DNA of 64,000 nucleotides from Hyalangium minutum (GTDB lineage Bacteria > Myxococcota > Myxococcia > Myxococcales > Myxococcaceae), in the NCBI RefSeq assembly GCF_000737315.1, contig NZ_JMCB01000028.1, positions 1-64,000 of the forward strand, written 5' to 3'. Below, piece by piece: positions 58,261-64,000 of this stretch. A program made the position numbers and the translations under genes. Every line of letters begins with the position of its first letter. Position 1 is the first letter of the stretch. The notes below the pieces were generated by a model that ran no database searches, was not told the DNA's origin, and saw only the letters and a list, made by a program, of their open reading frames with translations.

Positions 58261-59658
58261 TCAGAAGCGATCCGGCTCGGGCAGGGGCGGGACGACGAGC
58301 ACAGCCCCCTCGCCCGTCTGGGGCGGACGCGCGGGCAGCACCACCGTGAAGATGGAGCCCTCGCCGGGCACGCTCTGCACCAGCACCTTGCCGCCGTGGC
58401 CCTCGGTGAAGCGCTTCACGATGGCGAGCCCCAGGCCCACGCCGCCGAACTCGCGCGTCGAGCTGGAGTCCACCTGGTAGAAGGAGTTGAAGATGCGATC
58501 GAGGTGGTCTTCCCGGATGCCGACGCCGGTGTCCTCGACGGCGATGCGGTAGCCCTGCACATCCTCCAGCTCCGGCTGCGGCCCCACATCGGAGAGCCGG
58601 ATGCGCACCCCGCCCTGCGAAGTGAACTTCACCGAATTGGCCAGGAGGTTCACCAGCACCTGCTGGAGCCGGCCCTTGTCGGCCAGCACGCGCGGCTGCC
58701 GCAGCTCGGGGAACCGGACATCCAGGGTCAGCCCCTTGCGCCTGGCCTGCGGCGTCACGCTCGCCACCGCGCCCACCACCACCTCGGCCGCGTCCACCGG
58801 AGCGAACGCCAGCCGCAGCTTGCCCGCCTCGAGCTGGCTGATGTCCAGGATGGAGGTGATCAAGTCCAACAGCGTGCGGCCCATCTCGGTGATGGATTGC
58901 ACGCACTGCACCTGCTCCTGGTTGAGCGGGCCGGTGAGGCCCTCGGCCAGCAGCTCCGAGTAGGCGATGATCGACGCCAGCGGCGTGCGCAGCTCGTGGC
59001 TCACCGTGCCGAGGAAGCTCGACTGGAGCCGGTCCACCTCGCGCAGGCGCTTGTCGAGCGCCGCCATGCGCTCGTCCCGCGCCTTGAGCTCGCGGCCAAT
59101 CTCACCCGCCGACTCCTGCTGGATGCGGCTGGCCAGCCAGGAGCGGTGCCCGGACACCATCAGCGCCTCCAGTACCCGGGAGAAGTACGCGGCGGCGCGC
59201 GCCACGGGAGACTCCATGGAGCGCGCCTTCTCCACGTCCACCCGGTCCCTCGGCAGCTGCGCCAGCTCCGCCGGGCTGAGAGGACCGAAGAGCACACGCC
59301 CCACCTCGACGCCCTCCCAGCGCACAGGCAGCACCAGGTACTGCAGGCCCTCCGGGCAGGGAAGCATGGCCATGGCCGGCCCCGCCCCGAGCGGCATGCG
59401 TGCCGCGCACTGCTCGCCGCCTTCCGCATGGGAGAGGTGGCCGCAGAAGGGCGCACCGTGCCCCTGCGCGCCCGCAATCCGGGTTCCCTTGCTGTCGAGC
59501 ACCTGGACGCCCACGCCGTGCAGGCCAGCGAAGCCCTTCACCACCTCCTCGAAGGTGGGCTGATCCAGAAGCTCGGCCAGCGGCGGCTCGCGCAGCAGCA
59601 GAGCGTCTGGGCGAGGCGGTGTCTTGGCTTCCCAAGACGTGTACTCCTGGTCCTTCAT
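58261..59658 (-). CDS. Orphan cytoplasmic histidine kinase with a PocR-like sensor domain
   Basis: PFC...C...CPEGL...LPV sensor pattern; [32 protein letters not shown]. Confidence 0.9.
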   Translation of the reverse strand: MKDQEYTSWEAKTPPRPDALLLREPPLAELLDQPTFEEVVKGFAGLHGVGVQVLDSKGTRIAGAQGHGAPFCGHLSHAEGGEQCAARMPLGAGPAMAMLPCPEGLQYLVLPVRWEGVEVGRVLFGPLSPAELAQLPRDRVDVEKARSMESPVARAAAYFSRVLEALMVSGHRSWLASRIQQESAGEIGRELKARDERMAALDKRLREVDRLQSSFLGTVSHELRTPLASIIAYSELLAEGLTGPLNQEQVQCVQSITEMGRTLLDLITSILDISQLEAGKLRLAFAPVDAAEVVVGAVASVTPQARRKGLTLDVRFPELRQPRVLADKGRLQQVLVNLLANSVKFTSQGGVRIRLSDVGPQPELEDVQGYRIAVEDTGVGIREDHLDRIFNSFYQVDSSSTREFGGVGLGLAIVKRFTEGHGGKVLVQSVPGEGSIFTVVLPARPPQTGEGAVLVVPPLPEPDRF

Positions 59659-60368
59659 GCCGCACCTCCTCCGGAAACACCCTCTGCTCCGTACCGGCCC
59701 TGGAGCGTAGTCCCGCCCAGGTCCAAGTGGCTGAAGATCCGACCGAGGAACTCCTCTTCGCCCAGGCCGATGTTGCGGCCCAGGTTCGCGTCCGCGTCAA
59801 GCCGCTGCCAGGCCGCCCGCATCAGCTCGTGGAACGTCTCACAGACACCTTCACCCCGGAGGGCCACGGCCCCTACCACCGGCTCCCGGCCTCGGCGGCG
59901 CACCACCTCCAGCTCCTCGTCCGTCCGGGAGTCGGGCAGGTCCCGCTTGTTGAACTGGATGACCACGGGCACCCGGTCTGGATCCAACCCGTTCTCGCGC
60001 ATGTCCTCCCGGAGGCTGTGCCAGTAGCGGTTGTTCTCCGGAGTGGCGCTGCGGCGGCTGTCGGCGACGAAGGCCACGGCATCCGCGGCCCGGAGCACAA
60101 TGCGGCGCGTCGCGACGTGGATCACCTGCCCCGGGACGGTCAGCAGCTTCACCTTCACGTTGTAGCCCGTGGTGGAGGAGAAGAAGACGGGCAGCACGTC
60201 GAAGAAGAGCGTGCGATCGTCGCGCGTCTCCACGGACAGCAGGCGGCCACGCACCTCGGGGCGCGTCCGAGCGTAGAGCTGGCGCAGGTTGGTTGTCTTC
60301 CCACTGAGCCCGGGCCCGTAGTAGACGATCTTGAGCGTGAGCTCGCGCTGGGCGTGGTTGAGTTGCAA
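59655..60368 (-). CDS. sofG: MglA-like small Ras-family GTPase (SofG-like)
   Basis: KIVYYGPGLSGKTTN, DRTLFFD, TVPGQ, NKRD; TTG start at 60368. The SofG name is inferred from synteny with dif, GNAT and pilT genes. Confidence 0.82.
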   Translation of the reverse strand: MQLNHAQRELTLKIVYYGPGLSGKTTNLRQLYARTRPEVRGRLLSVETRDDRTLFFDVLPVFFSSTTGYNVKVKLLTVPGQVIHVATRRIVLRAADAVAFVADSRRSATPENNRYWHSLREDMRENGLDPDRVPVVIQFNKRDLPDSRTDEELEVVRRRGREPVVGAVALRGEGVCETFHELMRAAWQRLDADANLGRNIGLGEEEFLGRIFSHLDLGGTTLQGRYGAEGVSGGGAA

Positions 60369-60597
60369 GGGCGGGGGCGAACGGAGCCGTCGGTTATAGT
60401 GAGGGTGTCCTCCAATGAAAAGCCGCCTGGAGAGTGGGCGAGGGAGGCGCGAGAAATGCTTGGAATGGATCCCCCCGGTGCGCAGTTTGGCAGGGTCCAG
60501 CACCTCACAAACTGAGGGGAAATGTGCGCGGAAACAGCGCGTGCATGGCCGATAGCGGAACGGTTAGGATTCGGAAGCGGTACGGAGGAGCAAGGCG

Positions 60598-61134
60598 ATG
60601 ACGATGAAGCAGGTGGACCCAGGCACAGAGGTCAGCGCGATGCCGGTGCTGGATCCGAGCAGCCTGCCCAATGATTTGAACTCGGCGGTGAAGGTGGCGA
60701 ACCCCACCGACGAGGACATGAGTGTCCTGGCGTCCTTGCGAGCCAACTCCGACCCGTGGAAGTCGCGGGGCGAGTCTCAGGAGGAGAGCCTGAAGGCACT
60801 CACGCAGCTGCGGCCCTTCACGCATGTGGCGCGCGTGCAGAACCAGCTCGTGGGCTACATCACCGTGGAGCGGGACGGCCCGGTGCCCGGCGCGGCGTAC
60901 ATGCGCAACATCGTGGTGAGGCCGGATCTGCGCAAGCACGGCCTGGGCACGGTGCTGCTCAACCACGCCATCCAGACGGCGCGCGACATGTACCGCAAGA
61001 CGATTGCCCTGCGCGTGGATCCGGCCAACGGCCCGGCGGTGAGCTTCTACCGCAAGGCGGGCTTCACCACCGTGGCGACGGTGGTGTCCAAGAAGTCCGG
61101 CAAGCTGCGCTTGCTGATGTCTCGCGAGCTGTAA
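60598..61134 (+). CDS. GNAT acetyltransferase
   Basis: NIVVRPDLRKHGLGT, LRVDPANGPAVSFYRKAGF. Confidence 0.9.
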   Translation: MTMKQVDPGTEVSAMPVLDPSSLPNDLNSAVKVANPTDEDMSVLASLRANSDPWKSRGESQEESLKALTQLRPFTHVARVQNQLVGYITVERDGPVPGAAYMRNIVVRPDLRKHGLGTVLLNHAIQTARDMYRKTIALRVDPANGPAVSFYRKAGFTTVATVVSKKSGKLRLLMSREL

Positions 61135-61228
61135 GAGCGCTCGCTCCGGCGGGAGGGCTTCGGCGACAGACGCCTGCCCTTCCGCCCAAGGCGGCCCTTC
61201 GAGGTGCCGCCAGGGAGTCTCCCTTCTC

Positions 61229-62140
61229 ATGACCACCTCTGCCGAGCACCTGCTGGCCGGCCCCTGGGGGCTGCCCGGGAACCTCGATGCCGAGCTGGCG
61301 CGCGCCCTGGAACAGGAGGACTACGGCACCGCCCTGGCCCTGCTGCGGGACGCGCTCCCCGACAATCCTTCTCCCCGCCTCCGCGTGCTGCTCGCCTTCG
61401 TGCGCTTCCAGGACGCGATGGAAGTCATGGTGACGGAGCTGATGCCCGCCTGCCAGGAGGCGCTCGCGCTGCTGGAGCAGGCCACCGAGGCCGGGCTGCC
61501 GCTCCAGACCGTGGCCCCGCTGCGTGAGGAAATTGAGCGCGTGCTCTCCGAGGAGACGGTGCGAGAGCTGACCGCCGAGCGCATGACGGCCGAGCGCGCG
61601 GAGAGTGCCCCGCTGGAGATGGTGCTCGAGGCGGCCAGCCGCTTGCGCGCTACCGCTCCCGCTCGCGCCGCGGAGATCTTCCTGGTGGCCGCTCGCCGGG
61701 ACGTCCCCGAGCGCGCTCCCATCCACCGCGCGGATGCGGGCATTGCGCTGCACCAGGCCGGCCGCACCGCCGAGGCCCGCCCCCTGCTGGAGGCCGCGCT
61801 CGCGCTCGATTGGGCCTCCCCCTCGCTCTACCCGGAGAGCCTTCACCTGGACTGGGCCGCCACGCTCCTGCTGGAGCAGGCCCACGCCGCGGGAGACTCG
61901 GCGGCCTTCGAGGCCACGTGGGCCCGTGCACTCGCGCTGGGCCGGCAGATCCAGCGCCCCTTCCCCGCCAACTGGCTCAACCAGGAGCGCCTGCTCTCGC
62001 TGCTGCTCGCCCGAGGAGACGGGGCCCGCGCTGCACACGTCGCCACTCGCATTGAGGCCAGCCGGGAGTACGTGCCCAAGGCCCTCGCTGCGCAGGTAGC
62101 ACAAGCACGTACCCTCGCCCGGGAGCAGTGGGGGCGCTGA
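61229..62140 (+). CDS. Hypothetical all-helical (TPR-like) protein
   Basis: Strong codon bias; Ala/Leu-rich helical repeats; no catalytic motif recognised. Confidence 0.7.
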   Translation: MTTSAEHLLAGPWGLPGNLDAELARALEQEDYGTALALLRDALPDNPSPRLRVLLAFVRFQDAMEVMVTELMPACQEALALLEQATEAGLPLQTVAPLREEIERVLSEETVRELTAERMTAERAESAPLEMVLEAASRLRATAPARAAEIFLVAARRDVPERAPIHRADAGIALHQAGRTAEARPLLEAALALDWASPSLYPESLHLDWAATLLLEQAHAAGDSAAFEATWARALALGRQIQRPFPANWLNQERLLSLLLARGDGARAAHVATRIEASREYVPKALAAQVAQARTLAREQWGR

Positions 62141-62221
62141 TCGCCCATCGCATCTCAGGGCTATGGGCTATCCTGCGTTTTATTCGTTTTTCCTGAACTT
62201 CGAGTAGATGCTGGACCCTGC

Positions 62222-64000
62222 ATGAAGCCCCTCGCGGAGCTGCTGCGCTACCTCTCGCACCCGGCGATCACCGAGATCGCCCTGACGACGGGGCGCTGCC
62301 CGATGATCAAGAGTGTCAACGGCTATGAGCCGGTGGACAGCTCTGTGCTGACGGACGAGGAGCTGAACCGGACGCTGCTGACGATGGTAGGGCCCGCGCG
62401 CGCGGCCTCGGTGACCGAGAAGCCGATGAAGTGGTCCGTGCGCGCCGAGGGCATGGCCACCCTGGCCGTGGTCGCGGTGCGCCGCAGCGAGGGCCTGAGC
62501 ATGCGCGTGATGCGCACGGGCGACGCCACGAGCTCGAACCCGGGCAGGCCCTTGGAGACGACGCCCGCGCCGGGCTCGGGAGTCAATACCGCCGCGGCCT
62601 CGCGCATCCCCGAGACGACGCCCCGGCCTGGCACCACCTCCGTTCCGCCCGCCGAGCCGCCTCCAGCCGAGGCCTCCGCGGCCAGCGCCCCTCCGGACCC
62701 GCGCGACATCCTCCCGCCCACGGTGGCTCCGCTCGTTCCTCCTCCGCGCCGCCCGTCCGTGACAGGCCTGCGGGTGATCAAGGCGTCCTCTTCGGGGACA
62801 CAGGAGACCTCGGCCCCGGCCTCCGCCGGAGCGCTGCCGAACTTCCCGAAGACGCTGTCGCCGCTGCCCCCGGCTCCGGCTGCGCTCCTGCCCACGCCGG
62901 TCCAGACCGTGGTGCCTTCCAGCACCACGGAGATGCCCACGGCGCCCTACTCCATCCCGCCTCAGTTCGGCCCGGATGCGCTCCCTGTCGTGCCGCCGTC
63001 CTCGGTGGCACAGGCGAGCCCCTCGCCGAAGCAGGCGCCCATGGCTTTCCCGCCGCCCGCCACCACCGAGCGGCCACCGCCCCCCGTTCCCACCCCGCTG
63101 CCCGTCGATCTGGCGCCGCCTCCTTCCATGGAGGACTCCTCGATCGACATCAGCATCCAGGAGCCCGAGCCGGAGCAGGCCGAGGCACCGGCGCAGGCCC
63201 CCGAGCCTGAGAAAGAGGAGCACACCCGCCAGCTCCAGGTCCGCCCGCAGCTGCCGCCGCGCTCCCGGCCCGACTTCTGGAGGGATTTGCCCGCACTGAT
63301 GGAGGAGGCGCGGCGCATCGGCGCGAGCGACCTGCACATCGTCTCGGGGCGGCCCGCGCTGTTCCGGGTCGCGGGCGAACTCAAGCCGGACGGCGAGCCG
63401 CTGCCGCCGAAGCGGGTGGAGCAGATGGTGCTCTCCCAGGTGCCGGCCCGGCTGCGCGCCGCGTTCGACCGCGACGGGAGCTGTGACTTCGCGCTCCAGA
63501 GCGAGGCCCAGGGCCGCTTCCGCGTCAACGTCTGCCGGCAGCGCTCCGGGCTCAAGGGCTCGTTCCGGCTTATCCCCAAGGACCTGCCGTCGCTGGAGTC
63601 GCTGGGGCTGCCCGTGGAGCTCATCCGGGCGACGCGCTACGCGCACGGCCTCGTCTTCATCACAGGCCCATCGGGCCACGGAAAGACGAGCACGCTGGCG
63701 GCCCTGGTGGAGATCCTCAACCGCGAGACGCGGCGGCACATCCTCACGGTGGAGGACCCCGTGGAGTTCGTGCACCCGCGCAAGCGAGGGCTGATCAGCC
63801 AGCGCGAGGTGGGGACGAACACCCGCTCCGTGGCGAGCGCGCTCAAGGCGGCCCTCCGCGAGGACGCGGATGTCATCGTCGTGGGCGAGCTGCGGGACGC
63901 GGAGACAGTGCGCCTGGCGCTTACCGCGAGCGAGACGGGCCGGCTGGTGCTCTGCACGATGAACACTCCGAACTCGGCGAAGACGCTGAGGCGGATCATC
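62222..64000 (+). CDS. pilT: PilT/PilU-family ATPase with an N-terminal extension (runs off the window; absent from the ORF track)
   Basis: Translated by hand from ATG 62222 with no in-frame stop found: ASDLHI, TGPSGHGKTST, TVEDPVEFVH, ALREDADVIVVGELRD. Confidence 0.9.
   Translation, partial: MKPLAELLRYLSHPAITEIALTTGRCPMIKSVNGYEPVDSSVLTDEELNRTLLTMVGPARAASVTEKPMKWSVRAEGMATLAVVAVRRSEGLSMRVMRTGDATSSNPGRPLETTPAPGSGVNTAAASRIPETTPRPGTTSVPPAEPPPAEASAASAPPDPRDILPPTVAPLVPPPRRPSVTGLRVIKASSSGTQETSAPASAGALPNFPKTLSPLPPAPAALLPTPVQTVVPSSTTEMPTAPYSIPPQFGPDALPVVPPSSVAQASPSPKQAPMAFPPPATTERPPPPVPTPLPVDLAPPPSMEDSSIDISIQEPEPEQAEAPAQAPEPEKEEHTRQLQVRPQLPPRSRPDFWRDLPALMEEARRIGASDLHIVSGRPALFRVAGELKPDGEPLPPKRVEQMVLSQVPARLRAAFDRDGSCDFALQSEAQGRFRVNVCRQRSGLKGSFRLIPKDLPSLESLGLPVELIRATRYAHGLVFITGPSGHGKTSTLAALVEILNRETRRHILTVEDPVEFVHPRKRGLISQREVGTNTRSVASALKAALREDADVIVVGELRDAETVRLALTASETGRLVLCTMNTPNSAKTLRRII

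Noticed and set aside
53066-60027. Long plus-strand ORFs 53066..55402, 55655..57490 and 57556..60027
   Set aside because: Shadows of the dif, thiL, kinase and GTPase genes.
62180-63775. 531-aa minus-strand ORF
   Set aside because: Shadow of the unlisted plus-strand pilT frame, which carries the ATPase motifs.
1-64000. CRISPR arrays, tRNA and rRNA genes
   Set aside because: Intergenic gaps are short, and by-eye inspection found no repeat-spacer arrays or cloverleaf motifs. A tRNAscan or Infernal run would be needed to exclude them fully.

Overview
GC-rich myxobacterial chromosome window (Myxococcales; family-level placement is inferred from gene content). The conserved backbone is motility, EPS control and housekeeping: a pilW(partial)-pilX-pilY1 tip-adhesin cluster, proS, livKHMGF, grpE-dnaK (SglK-like)-fibR, larC/larB, a Dif-type chemosensory operon (MCP, CheW, CheY, CheA, CheC), thiL, a PocR-type kinase, a SofG/MglA-like GTPase and a partial PilT paralog that the ORF track misses. 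Two accessory blocks interrupt it. (1) 7.2-23 kb: tandem near-identical adenylate cyclases, a YdjM-ThpR-RlaP (RNA-repair-like) trio and five large secreted or lipoprotein genes with locally low GC. (2) 39.7-47.1 kb: an Ig-nuclease lipoprotein, an AHH lipoprotein toxin with Imm11 immunity preceded by a near-perfect 28-bp palindrome, a Ser/Thr kinase, an unannotated 48-aa signal-peptide ORF and a poly-HAMP hybrid kinase with a degenerate receiver. I saw no rRNA, tRNA, CRISPR array, transposase, integrase or reverse transcriptase. The best leads are the divergent low-GC surface-protein pair (19.7-23.1 kb), the toxin-linked palindrome, the duplicated cyclases beside the RNA-repair trio, larB/larC attached to the dif operon, a signal-less PilA paralog and a PilT with an altered His box. 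Family assignments are by motif recognition only; no database searches were run.
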